32,000 nucleotides of DNA from an uncultured Chloroflexia bacterium. Its GTDB lineage: Bacteria > Chloroflexota > Anaerolineae > Anaerolineales > Anaerolineaceae. The notes under the pieces were generated by a model. That model ran no database searches, was not told the DNA's origin, and worked only from the letters and a program-made list of their open reading frames with translations. Position numbers and translations under genes: made by a program. The stretch's first letter is position 1. Every line of letters starts with the position of its first letter. Shown here one piece after another: positions 1 through 8,144 of the stretch. The stretch covers positions 4,020,001-4,052,000 of the forward strand of contig OY969938.1 in NCBI GenBank assembly GCA_963704755.1, read 5' to 3'.

Positions 1-1
1 G

Positions 2-43
2 ACCGGCTACCTGGTCGGGAAAGGAAACGAACCGCTGAAATGA
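2..43 (+). CDS. 3' end of upstream phage gene (by position probably terminase large subunit), partial
   Basis: An open frame enters from the left edge (...TGYLVGKGNEPLK*). Its TGA at 41-43 overlaps the portal ATG at 40-42 (ATGA). Identity is inferred only from synteny, as the gene preceding the portal. Confidence 0.3.
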   Translation, partial: TGYLVGKGNEPLK

Positions 44-1302
44 TCACCCAGCTTATTCACCGTTCGCTGCACAACCAGGTGAGACCGACCTGGACCATCC
101 CGGAACTGGCCAACGGCGGCTACTCGCTGCCGACCCTGGCCGGCCAGACGGTGACCCCGGAATCGGCCAAACGGATCGCAACGGCCTACCGCTGCGCCAA
201 CACGATCAGTGACGACATCGCCATGATCCCGCTGCAGCAGCTCGTCTCGCGGAAGCCCGGCGAAGTGCAGCGGATCTACCCGGACGGGGTGCGGCGCAAT
301 ATGGCTTATGCAGTCGAAGTCCAGCCCAACCCCTACCAGGTGCCTTTTATTCTAAAAAAGACGGCCATCCTGTGGCTGCTCTTCTGGGGCGACGCCTATT
401 TCTGGTTCAGGCCACGGACACGCGAGCTCTACGTGCTGGCCTCGAACGCGACCGAACCGGTGATCCAATCGGACGGCAGCCTGTGGTACCGAACCACCCT
501 GGCCGACAGCTCGACCGAAATGATCCCGGAGGTGGAGGTGCTGCACCTGATGATCAACTCGACCAACGGCATCAACGGCCGGAGCGTCATTAGCTACGCC
601 CGCGAGACCCTGGGCAGGCGCCTGGCGGGCACGGCGACCCAGGGCTCGATGTACCAAAAAGGCCTGATGCCCGGCGCGGTGGCCACGATGAAAGGGAAAG
701 TCGATAAAGAGGCGCGCGACAAAGTGCGCGAATCGTACTGGGAAGCAGCCTCGGGATCGGGCAACGCCGGCGGAGTGGTGGTGCTGGACGACAAGGTGGA
801 GAAGTTCGACCTGGTCCAGATCAAACCGGTGGACGCCCAATTCCTCGAATCTATCGAAGCCACCGATGTCGAGATCGCGAATTTCTTTTCCTTCCCCCTG
901 TACAAGATCAACCAGGGCAAGCAATCCTACGAAGCCAACGACCAGCAGGACGAGGATTACATGCGCTCGACCCTGGACCCCTACCTGGTGCAATGGGAAC
1001 AGGCGGCCAAGACTCACTGGCAAACGCTGCAAGAGCAAACCTACAGCTACTGGCGCTTCAACCGGGACGCCTTTTTACGGATGAACGCCAGGGCGCGGGC
1101 AGCTTACCTGAAGGACAAGATTCTATCGGGGCAATACAGCCCCAACCAGGCGCTGGCCATCGACGACATGCCGTCTTACGTGGGCGGCGATTACCACTAC
1201 ATCCCGTCGAACATGGCGGTCATTCTGGAAGACGGCAGCATCCAGGTGCTGGCCAAACCCGGACAGGGAAACACCGATGCTTCTCAAGGAGAGAATATAT
1301 GA
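40..1302 (+). CDS. phage portal protein (HK97-family type)
   Basis: 420-aa ORF. The N-terminal region ...AYRCANTISDDIAMIPLQQ..., the length, and the position directly before the prohead protease and capsid genes are typical of HK97-family portals. Confidence 0.85.
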   Translation: MITQLIHRSLHNQVRPTWTIPELANGGYSLPTLAGQTVTPESAKRIATAYRCANTISDDIAMIPLQQLVSRKPGEVQRIYPDGVRRNMAYAVEVQPNPYQVPFILKKTAILWLLFWGDAYFWFRPRTRELYVLASNATEPVIQSDGSLWYRTTLADSSTEMIPEVEVLHLMINSTNGINGRSVISYARETLGRRLAGTATQGSMYQKGLMPGAVATMKGKVDKEARDKVRESYWEAASGSGNAGGVVVLDDKVEKFDLVQIKPVDAQFLESIEATDVEIANFFSFPLYKINQGKQSYEANDQQDEDYMRSTLDPYLVQWEQAAKTHWQTLQEQTYSYWRFNRDAFLRMNARARAAYLKDKILSGQYSPNQALAIDDMPSYVGGDYHYIPSNMAVILEDGSIQVLAKPGQGNTDASQGENI

Positions 1303-2060
1303 AACAACCCATTCGCTGTTTCGAGGGGAACGCAAAACCCCACGAACCGTTCTGGCGGTTACGCAACGCAGCCGAAACCGAAAGCGGGGAGGCAGAAGTC
1401 GAGCTTTACGGAGTCATTTCGGAATATTCCTGGTACGAGGACGACGTAACGCCCAAGATGTTCAAAGACGACCTGACCAAGCTGGGCGGAGGCGGGCCGG
1501 TGACCCTTCGGATCAACTCGGGCGGCGGAGACGTGATCGCGGCCAGCGTGATGCGGACGATCATCAAAGATTACACCGGGCGGGTCACGGTGAAGATCGA
1601 CGGCCTGGCCGCTTCGGCGGCCGTGGTGATCGCCCTGGCGGGCGACCGGATCCTGATCCAGGACACGGCCTACATGATGATCCACGACCCCGGATTTTCG
1701 GTGATGTTCGCCTACCTGGATATCGCCACCCTGCAAGGGATGGTCGATACGCTCAAAAGCGTCAAGGCGGGGATCCTGGACACCTATTCCGCCAGGACCG
1801 GGATTGGGGCCGACCGGATGGGGCGGATGATGGCCGATGAAACCTGGATGAGTGCAAACGAGGCGGTGAAACTGGGCTTCGCCGACGAAGTGATCGGCGG
1901 GGAGCGGGCGGCCCAGGATAACCAGGTCCTGGAAGAAGCCCTCAAGAACTACGTGCACGTTCCGGCCGGGCTGCTAAACCTTCAACAGCAGCCCGAGCCG
2001 GTTGAAACCATCGATCCCGAGGTTTTGCGCCTCCGGGACGAAGCCAAACTTCTCAGATAA
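1299..2060 (+). CDS. prohead (head maturation) protease, ClpP-like serine protease family
   Basis: ATG 1299 overlaps the portal stop (ATGA). The product MKQPIRCFEG...LRINSGGGDVIAASVMRTII...IDGLAASAAVVIALAGDRILIQDTAYMMIHDP resembles the ClpP/S14-type phage head protease core. The ORF track's longer 993 start lies inside the portal gene and is rejected. Confidence 0.85.
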   Translation: MKQPIRCFEGNAKPHEPFWRLRNAAETESGEAEVELYGVISEYSWYEDDVTPKMFKDDLTKLGGGGPVTLRINSGGGDVIAASVMRTIIKDYTGRVTVKIDGLAASAAVVIALAGDRILIQDTAYMMIHDPGFSVMFAYLDIATLQGMVDTLKSVKAGILDTYSARTGIGADRMGRMMADETWMSANEAVKLGFADEVIGGERAAQDNQVLEEALKNYVHVPAGLLNLQQQPEPVETIDPEVLRLRDEAKLLR

Positions 2061-2069
2061 GGAGAAACC

Positions 2070-3449
2070 ATGAGAAATCTCAAGCCCTATTTCGATGCCG
2101 TCCAAACGGCGGAGGCGCGCGTGCGAGACCTGGCCGCGCAAATCGACGACCTGTTCACCTCTGGCAAGACCGATGAGGCGGTAGCACTGCGCCCGCAACT
2201 GGACGAGGCCAAGGCGAAAGCCAAAGACGCCAACGATTTGTACCTGTCCATGCGAAACACAGACGACGGCGACGGCGTCCCCGGCGATGGCCGGCGGATC
2301 ATGCAGGTGGACGAGAAGGACCTTGCTATCGGCATGACGCCCAATGAAATCAAGAATTACAGCCTGCTGCGGATGATCCGGGCGGCAGCGGACGCTCGCT
2401 CGAACCCGCACGCCTGGGACGAGGCCGGCCTGGAGTTGGAAGCCAGCCGGGCGATGGCCAAGAAGCTCGGGCGCGAACCGCAGGGGTTCTTCATGCCCTG
2501 GGACATCATGATCAGCCCGGTCAACCGGCAAGGCGGAGGAATGCGGCTTCGTAATACCCAGCAAGCCGGCGACCCCGAGTACGGCGGTTACCTGGTGCGC
2601 ACCGACCTGCTGATCAACTCGTTCATCGACGTACTGCGCAACAAGATGATTACCCAGCAAGCCGGGGCGCGGGTGTTGACCGGCCTGGTCGGAAACATCG
2701 ACATCCCCAAGAAAGGCCAATCCTCGACCGCCTACTGGATCGGGGAAGGGACGACCCCCAACAAGTCCGACCTGAAATTCGGCCAGATCGAAGCGCGGCC
2801 GCGCACGGTGGCGGCTTACCTGCAGCTCACCCGGCGGTTCTTGAAACAGGCCTCGATGGACGCGGAAATGATGGCCCGCGACGACCTGGCTACCACCCTG
2901 GCGGTGGCCATCGACCAATCCGGGTTACACGGATTGGGGGCAGCCAACCAGCCTCGCGGCGTGCAATACACGACCGGGATCGGTTCGGTAGTGGGCGGCG
3001 AAAACGGCGCAGCTCCGGATTGGGCCGACATCGTCAACCTGGAGACTGAGGTGGCGGTGGACAATGCCGACACCGGCAGCCTGGCTTACATCACCAACGC
3101 CAAAGTGCGCGGCAAGCTCAAGCAGACCCCGAAGGTATCCGGGACAGACGCGCGGATGGTGTGGGACGAGAACAACTCTTCCACTCCGTTGAACGGCTAC
3201 CCGGCCTACGTGACCAACCAGGTGAGCTCCACCCTGAGCAAAGGAACCAGCGTGAACACCTGCTCGGCGATCTTCTACGGGAATTGGGAAGACCTGGTGT
3301 ACTGCTTGTGGGGCGGGCTGGACGTGATCGTCGATCCGTACACCAATTCCACATCGGGCGACGTGTTGATTACCTCGATGCAAGATGTGGACGTGGTCGA
3401 GCGCCGGGCGCAATCGTTCGCGGCCATGCTGGACGCCTTGACTAACTAA
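2070..3449 (+). CDS. major capsid protein, HK97 fold, with N-terminal coiled-coil delta (scaffold) domain
   Basis: RBS AAGGAG precedes the ATG. The 459-aa product has a charged, helical N-terminus (AEARVRDLAAQIDDLF...EAKAKAKDAN). No separate scaffold gene lies between the protease and this gene. The C-terminal part (...TTAYWIGEG...LQLTRRFLKQA...VNTCSAIFYGNWEDLVYCLWGGLDVIVDPYT) is typical of phage major capsid proteins. Confidence 0.9.
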   Translation: MRNLKPYFDAVQTAEARVRDLAAQIDDLFTSGKTDEAVALRPQLDEAKAKAKDANDLYLSMRNTDDGDGVPGDGRRIMQVDEKDLAIGMTPNEIKNYSLLRMIRAAADARSNPHAWDEAGLELEASRAMAKKLGREPQGFFMPWDIMISPVNRQGGGMRLRNTQQAGDPEYGGYLVRTDLLINSFIDVLRNKMITQQAGARVLTGLVGNIDIPKKGQSSTAYWIGEGTTPNKSDLKFGQIEARPRTVAAYLQLTRRFLKQASMDAEMMARDDLATTLAVAIDQSGLHGLGAANQPRGVQYTTGIGSVVGGENGAAPDWADIVNLETEVAVDNADTGSLAYITNAKVRGKLKQTPKVSGTDARMVWDENNSSTPLNGYPAYVTNQVSSTLSKGTSVNTCSAIFYGNWEDLVYCLWGGLDVIVDPYTNSTSGDVLITSMQDVDVVERRAQSFAAMLDALTN

Positions 3450-3465
3450 CGTAAAGGGAAAACGA

Positions 3466-3507
3466 TACCTCCTTCTTCTCTTGTATTTCCAGGAGAAGAG
3501 GGAGGTA
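3466..3507 (+). terminator. stem-loop after capsid gene (pyrimidine arm / purine arm)
   Basis: TACCTCCTTCTTCTC (3466-3480) pairs with GAGAAGAGGGAGGTA (3493-3507): 15 bp including one T-G pair, with a 12-nt loop. There is no clear U-tract, so its function (partial terminator or mRNA stabiliser) is inferred. Confidence 0.35.
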
Positions 3508-3534
3508 CAAGAAATTCTGAAAATGAGGTGAAGC

Positions 3535-3957
3535 ATGTTCAGTGTTTTGAAAAACAGCAAGATCACAATCTGCGCGTTGAAGGCCGCCGATAACGAGACC
3601 CTGACCGGGACCATCCTGGATATGCAGGGCTACGATACGGTGGCGTTCATCGCGGGCGCCCTGGAGGGCGAGGCCGGCGCGCCTTCGGTGAAAGCCCAGG
3701 AGGACAGCGACCCAGGCGGCGGGACGATGGCCGACCTGGCCGGCAGCGCGACGGCCTTCGCGACCACGGCTGCGGCAAAAGGGTTGGCCACCCTGGAAAT
3801 CCACCAGCCCAACAAACGCTACGTGCGCTCGATGGTAACCGTACCGGATTGGACGGCCAAACCGGTCTTCTGCCTGGCATTGCAGTTCAACGCCAGGGAC
3901 CTGCCAGTATCCAACGCCGGCGCGCTGCTCGTCAGCCCGGCCGAAGGTACAGCCTGA
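3535..3957 (+). CDS. hypothetical phage head-associated protein
   Basis: RBS GAGGTGA lies 5 nt upstream of the ATG. The 140-aa ORF has phage-like codon usage and sits directly after the capsid gene. I recognise no family. Confidence 0.6.
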   Translation: MFSVLKNSKITICALKAADNETLTGTILDMQGYDTVAFIAGALEGEAGAPSVKAQEDSDPGGGTMADLAGSATAFATTAAAKGLATLEIHQPNKRYVRSMVTVPDWTAKPVFCLALQFNARDLPVSNAGALLVSPAEGTA

Positions 3958-3969
3958 AGGCGATAAGCG

Positions 3970-4233
3970 ATGGAAGTCATCCTCTCACGCAGCGTAGCAA
4001 TCCACGGGGTGGGGTATGCAGCCGGAACCCGGCTGAACCTTACGGACGACGAAGGCAAGGTGCTGCTCTCGATGGGTAAAGCCACCGTGGCCCCAGCGCC
4101 GGTTTTGGCAGAAACGACACCCGAACCGGACCAGGAAGAAAGCGACCCGGTTCAGCCCGGCGAAGATGCCGTTTCCGCGGAAACGGCGGAGACGCCCTCC
4201 AAGGGCGGCAGGAAGAGCGACCGCAAGTCGTGA
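3970..4233 (+). CDS. hypothetical small phage protein with acidic/Pro-rich tail
   Basis: 87-aa ORF, co-oriented in the head module. The RBS is weak. I recognise no family. Confidence 0.5.
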   Translation: MEVILSRSVAIHGVGYAAGTRLNLTDDEGKVLLSMGKATVAPAPVLAETTPEPDQEESDPVQPGEDAVSAETAETPSKGGRKSDRKS

Positions 4234-4239
4234 TTATCT

Positions 4240-4278
4240 GCCCTCCCCTCCCCATCTTGTTTGTAGGGAGAGGAGGGC
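4240..4278 (+). other. stem-loop (C-rich arm / G-rich arm) between head genes
   Basis: GCCCTCCCCTCCC (4240-4252) pairs with GGGAGAGGAGGGC (4266-4278): 13 bp with one C-A mismatch. No U-tract follows. Confidence 0.3.
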
Positions 4279-4297
4279 TCGACCGGCAGGAGAAGGT

Positions 4298-5314
4298 ATG
4301 GCCAACGCACAGATTTATTGCTCGGTCAACGAGCTGATCGAAGACCTGAATTTACCCGGCGACGAACCCCGCCTGAACCAGCGCATCCGGGAAGCCAGCC
4401 AGTTCATGGTGCGCCACCTGGGCAGGTTCATCCCGGCCCAGGAGACGCACACGTTCAGCGGCACTCGCTGCGCCGGCGACGAACACCGGGGCTATCGGGA
4501 AACGCTCGACCTGGGCGAGCCGCTGCTCTCGATCCGCGAGGTGCGGGTGGATGGGGCGGCGGTGACCGATTTCAGCGCAAAACCCTCCAACCGCTGCTGG
4601 GCAAACGGACCCTACACCTGGCTGGAGCGCGAGGCGGGCTGGGGCACCGCGGTGGAGATCGACGGGACCTGGGGTTTATACGACGAAACGGAGGACCTGG
4701 AAACAGCGGCCGACCAGGCCAGCGCCGCCGGCACGCTGAGCCTGAACAAAGGCAGCCTGCTCTCGCCGGGTATGGTGCTGCTGCTGGGCGACGAACAAGA
4801 GCTGGTGACGGCCGGAAACGGCGGGAGAGGCAGCCCGGCGGCCACGCCGGCAACCTCGCTGCTGGATGGCGCCATCGATAACGCGAGCGAAGAAATCGGG
4901 GTGGACAACGGCAGCGAATTCTTCGCCGGCGAGGTGCTGCAGATCGAGACGGAGGACCTTTACGTCCGGAAGATTGGAGGAAACCGGCTGGTCTGCGCGC
5001 GGGGCTGGAACGGGACCACCAAAGCCGGCCATCCCGACGATACGCCAATCGCGGTTTACCGAACCTACAAGGTCGCGCGGGGCGCCAACGGTACGGCCGC
5101 GGTGGATCACACGGCGGAAGCGGTACGACGCTGCCTGCCGCCGGCGGACGTGCGCTGGCTGGCGGTGCAGATCACAGCCCTGATGAAAAAGAAAGCCGAG
5201 ACCGGGTTCGGCGGCCGGGCGGGAACCCCGGAGACCGGCGACACGTTCTACATCAACGAATTCCCGCGGCAAATCAACGAGATCCAGGCGAATTACACAA
5301 TCCCCTATTTGTGA
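4298..5314 (+). CDS. putative head-tail connector/adaptor protein (enlarged)
   Basis: ATG 4298 follows GGAGAAGG. The ORF track's upstream extension from 4166 overlaps the previous gene and looks non-coding. The N-terminus MANAQIYCSVNELIEDLNL... resembles gp6-like head-tail connectors. The position between capsid and tail genes fits. Confidence 0.55.
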   Translation: MANAQIYCSVNELIEDLNLPGDEPRLNQRIREASQFMVRHLGRFIPAQETHTFSGTRCAGDEHRGYRETLDLGEPLLSIREVRVDGAAVTDFSAKPSNRCWANGPYTWLEREAGWGTAVEIDGTWGLYDETEDLETAADQASAAGTLSLNKGSLLSPGMVLLLGDEQELVTAGNGGRGSPAATPATSLLDGAIDNASEEIGVDNGSEFFAGEVLQIETEDLYVRKIGGNRLVCARGWNGTTKAGHPDDTPIAVYRTYKVARGANGTAAVDHTAEAVRRCLPPADVRWLAVQITALMKKKAETGFGGRAGTPETGDTFYINEFPRQINEIQANYTIPYL

Positions 5315-5320
5315 GGCCGA

Positions 5321-5845
5321 ATGGTCGAATACGACATCGAAATTCCAGACGAACTGAAGAACCTAAACCTGGCGGCGAATTACATTCGGGCCAGAAAAAA
5401 GCGCCTGGTGCCGGCAATGGAGAAATCCGTCAGCGCAGCGAAAGCAGTCGTCACTCCCCTGGTGCCCGTAGGCGTAACCGGCGCAGCGCGAAGATCAATC
5501 GGCAGCACGGTGGGGCAGACCCCCTACCTGACGATTGGCAAAATCACTTCGTCGATGCGCCGGCCTAACGTCTACATCTACGTTTTGAACGCCGGGCGGC
5601 CGGCCGGTAAGAAACAGCCGCCGGTCAACGATCTGGTCCCCTGGGTGATCGAAAAGGGGTTGGCTTCCGACCCGGTGATGGCCAAACGAATCGCTTTCCT
5701 GATCGCGCGCTCGATCAAGAAGAAGGGCATCAAAGGGTTGAGTTTCATGTGGCAAGGGCTTGACCAGGTGAAAGAGAAGATCGAGGCCTTTCACCAGCAG
5801 GCCATCGACGACATCATCCAAGACCTGGGAGAGAACCATGATTGA
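5321..5845 (+). CDS. putative HK97 gp10-like head-tail/tail component
   Basis: 174 aa, with RBS GTGAGG. The size, position and N-terminal pattern (...LVPAMEKSVSAAKAVVTPLVPVGVTGAARRSIGS...) resemble the HK97 gp10 family. This assignment is by memory only. Confidence 0.5.
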   Translation: MVEYDIEIPDELKNLNLAANYIRARKKRLVPAMEKSVSAAKAVVTPLVPVGVTGAARRSIGSTVGQTPYLTIGKITSSMRRPNVYIYVLNAGRPAGKKQPPVNDLVPWVIEKGLASDPVMAKRIAFLIARSIKKKGIKGLSFMWQGLDQVKEKIEAFHQQAIDDIIQDLGENHD

Positions 5846-6282
5846 AAACTGGATCGACGAGGTGGCCAGAAAAGTTGGGCAGGTGAGCGACGGGCGGGGC
5901 GGGTTCGTGCGGGCGTACCTGCTATTCGAGAAAGCCGAAGTGCCCGAGGCTTTGACCGTGTTCCCTTGCGCAATTACCTACCCGGAAGACGTGGTGATGC
6001 AGAGCCCCGAACTCGGGGCCGAACGTAGATACCTGGCGCGGAATCACCGAGTTTCACCTGGCGCCAGGCAAGAAAAAGAGCGACATCCCCTATATGATCC
6101 GGTTCTTTGCGCGGATCCGGGCGGCCTTCGCGGTGGACCGGGACCTGGGCGGAAAAGTGCAATATTGCAAGCTGACCGTCGAAGGGCCTTCCATCGAAGG
6201 GCCGGTGGCGTTCGACCCGGACACCGAGATCACCAACCAGGGGCTGATCGCGCATTGGACGGTACGCGAACGCTTTAGTTAA
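5838..6282 (+). pseudogene. tail-completion/terminator-position gene split by a +1 frame change near the G4 run at 6015-6018
   Basis: The frame starting at 5838 reads plausibly to about 6017 (MIENWIDEVARKVGQV...ITYPEDVVMQSPELG) and then becomes Arg/Gly/Pro junk. The +1 frame is open from 5998 and reads plausibly to the stop at 6280-6282 (...VDTWRGITEFHLAPGKKKSDIPYMIRFFARIRAAF...HWTVRERFS). Confidence 0.6.
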
Positions 6283-6295
6283 ACAAGGAGTCACT

Positions 6296-7552
6296 ATGGA
6301 CGGAATCAAAGATTACGAGAAATTCCAACTTGGCCGAGAGATCAAACACGGAGGGTCTGCCGGAACGACGGCAGCGGCTTCGGCGTTGATGCGCGGCCAG
6401 TGGGTGGGGTCGGACGACACGCCGATCAACTACCCGACCGAGTACATCGGCTTCAAGATCGAGACCACCCGCGGGTACAAACCGTACGTGCTGGGTTCGT
6501 TCAAACAAGGGCCGGACCCGCTGACCTTCGAACAGATCCCCTACATCCTGGCAGCCGCAATCCGCGGGATCGAAATCGGCCAGGCGGACGGGGCGGGATC
6601 CGGGATGATCTACGACTATCCCTGGCCAACTACCGACGACAGCGTCGAGCGGTCCGCCAATACCATCAGCTTCAGCAGCGCGACGAAAACGATCAGCGAC
6701 AGCGCAAACGGGCTGGGGTTCCTGCAGCCGGGCGACCTGATCCGGATCAGCGGGGCGGGCGAAGCCGGAAATAACGAGATCTTCACGGTGGCCACGGCCG
6801 GGGCCGGCGCGGTGACCGTGGCCGAGGACATCACCGACGAGGCGGCCGGGGCGACGGTAGCCATCGAGGCGCTGACCCAGTTCTATACGGCCGAGGGAGG
6901 CAACAACGCGCGGATAGAGCGCTCGGCTTATTCGTTCCCGACCAGCTTCGATCTTTCCGGTAAGGGCGGAGCCGATGCGGACGCGGTCATGCTCTCTTCG
7001 ACCTGGACCACGCGCCAATGGGTCAAGGCGAGCGGGTTCACGACCGGGATCGGGCTGCCGCCGGTCAGCGAGGCGCTGTTCAGCATGGCCAGGCTCTACA
7101 TCGACGCCATCGATGGGGAGATGGGGACAACCGAACTGCCGGACACCCTGGCCGGCTTCGATTACAAGGCCAATACCGGCCTGGCGCACCAGTTCTCCGG
7201 AAACGGAAACCTGTATTTCGCTAAAGCCCAGCGCAAAGGGAAAGTGCAGCTTTCCTGCGCAATCTCGCTGTACCAGAACCCGGCCGGGTTGGCGGAATAC
7301 GACGCCTGGCGGGAACAGACACCGCGCCTGATCCGCATCCGCATCGACGGACCGAACTTGAGGACGGCCGGCTCGATCTACAGCCGGAAGGCTATCCTCC
7401 TGGACATGCCGGGCACCTGGGATAAATTCCCCAACCTGGACGACATCGACGGTGCCGAAGTGCTGCCGGGACAGTTCCGGCCGGCCTACGACCCGACCGC
7501 TGGAATCGGGCCATCGATCAGGGTGGTCAACGAACTGGCATCTTTACCCTAA
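6296..7552 (+). CDS. putative major tail protein (with inserted domain)
   Basis: RBS AAGGAG. The 418-aa gene lies immediately upstream of the chaperone pair and the tape measure, which is the canonical major tail protein position. No sequence family was recognised directly. Confidence 0.55.
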   Translation: MDGIKDYEKFQLGREIKHGGSAGTTAAASALMRGQWVGSDDTPINYPTEYIGFKIETTRGYKPYVLGSFKQGPDPLTFEQIPYILAAAIRGIEIGQADGAGSGMIYDYPWPTTDDSVERSANTISFSSATKTISDSANGLGFLQPGDLIRISGAGEAGNNEIFTVATAGAGAVTVAEDITDEAAGATVAIEALTQFYTAEGGNNARIERSAYSFPTSFDLSGKGGADADAVMLSSTWTTRQWVKASGFTTGIGLPPVSEALFSMARLYIDAIDGEMGTTELPDTLAGFDYKANTGLAHQFSGNGNLYFAKAQRKGKVQLSCAISLYQNPAGLAEYDAWREQTPRLIRIRIDGPNLRTAGSIYSRKAILLDMPGTWDKFPNLDDIDGAEVLPGQFRPAYDPTAGIGPSIRVVNELASLP

Positions 7553-7563
7553 GCAGAGGAGTT

Positions 7564-7857
7564 ATGGAAATCAAAACCATCGAACACAAAAAATTAGGCG
7601 TCAAAGCGGTAATCAAAGTTTTGACCCAGCGAGACCTGGAAGCCTTCGGCGCTGCATATTCCGAGGAAAAGACAAATTCGGCCAGCCAGATGCGTGGAGC
7701 GAACACGCGGGCGGCAATCAAGGCGGGCTGGTTTGCAGAGCTGGAACCGGCCATCAAAGCAGAGGAAGTCGGCGACCAACCGCCGGCAGTCGTCTGGATC
7801 TTGGGCGACTTCGTCGACCAGGCTTACCGGGAGGCTACCGCGATCCCCCCGGAATGA
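7564..7857 (+). CDS. tail assembly chaperone (G-like)
   Basis: RBS GAGGAG. The 97-aa acidic protein sits between the major tail protein and the tape measure. It ends ...AIPPE* just after a C6 run. Confidence 0.65.
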   Translation: MEIKTIEHKKLGVKAVIKVLTQRDLEAFGAAYSEEKTNSASQMRGANTRAAIKAGWFAELEPAIKAEEVGDQPPAVVWILGDFVDQAYREATAIPPE

Positions 7858-8144
7858 TCTTGGCGGCGGCCGAATGTGGGCGAAACCCAAAGGCGCCGCC
7901 GCCTTACGAATTACGACTGGCCTGGCAGGCCATTGGGTACCACGCGTTACCCGAACCAGGCGGGATCCTGGACCAGCCGGCCGGGCTGCTAGACCGGATG
8001 ACCCACGCTTGCAACGCCTGGCAGGCTTACCGGTCTTACAGCCAGCGGGACCCTTATAAAACCGAGGAATGGATCAAAGCCAACCCCAGCCTGCACGCGT
8101 TGAAGCTGCGGATCGATAAATTGAGAGAAGCGCGACATGCCTAG
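7854..8144 (+). CDS. second tail chaperone ORF (T-like), either ATGA-coupled or the -1 frameshift extension of the preceding gene
   Basis: This ORF is in the -1 frame relative to 7564-7857. Its ATG 7854 overlaps the TGA at 7855-7857. The product MILAAAECGRNPKAPPPYELRLAWQAIGYHALPEPGGILDQPAGLL... is 96 aa and ends 8 nt inside the tape measure gene. Confidence 0.55.
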   Translation: MILAAAECGRNPKAPPPYELRLAWQAIGYHALPEPGGILDQPAGLLDRMTHACNAWQAYRSYSQRDPYKTEEWIKANPSLHALKLRIDKLREARHA

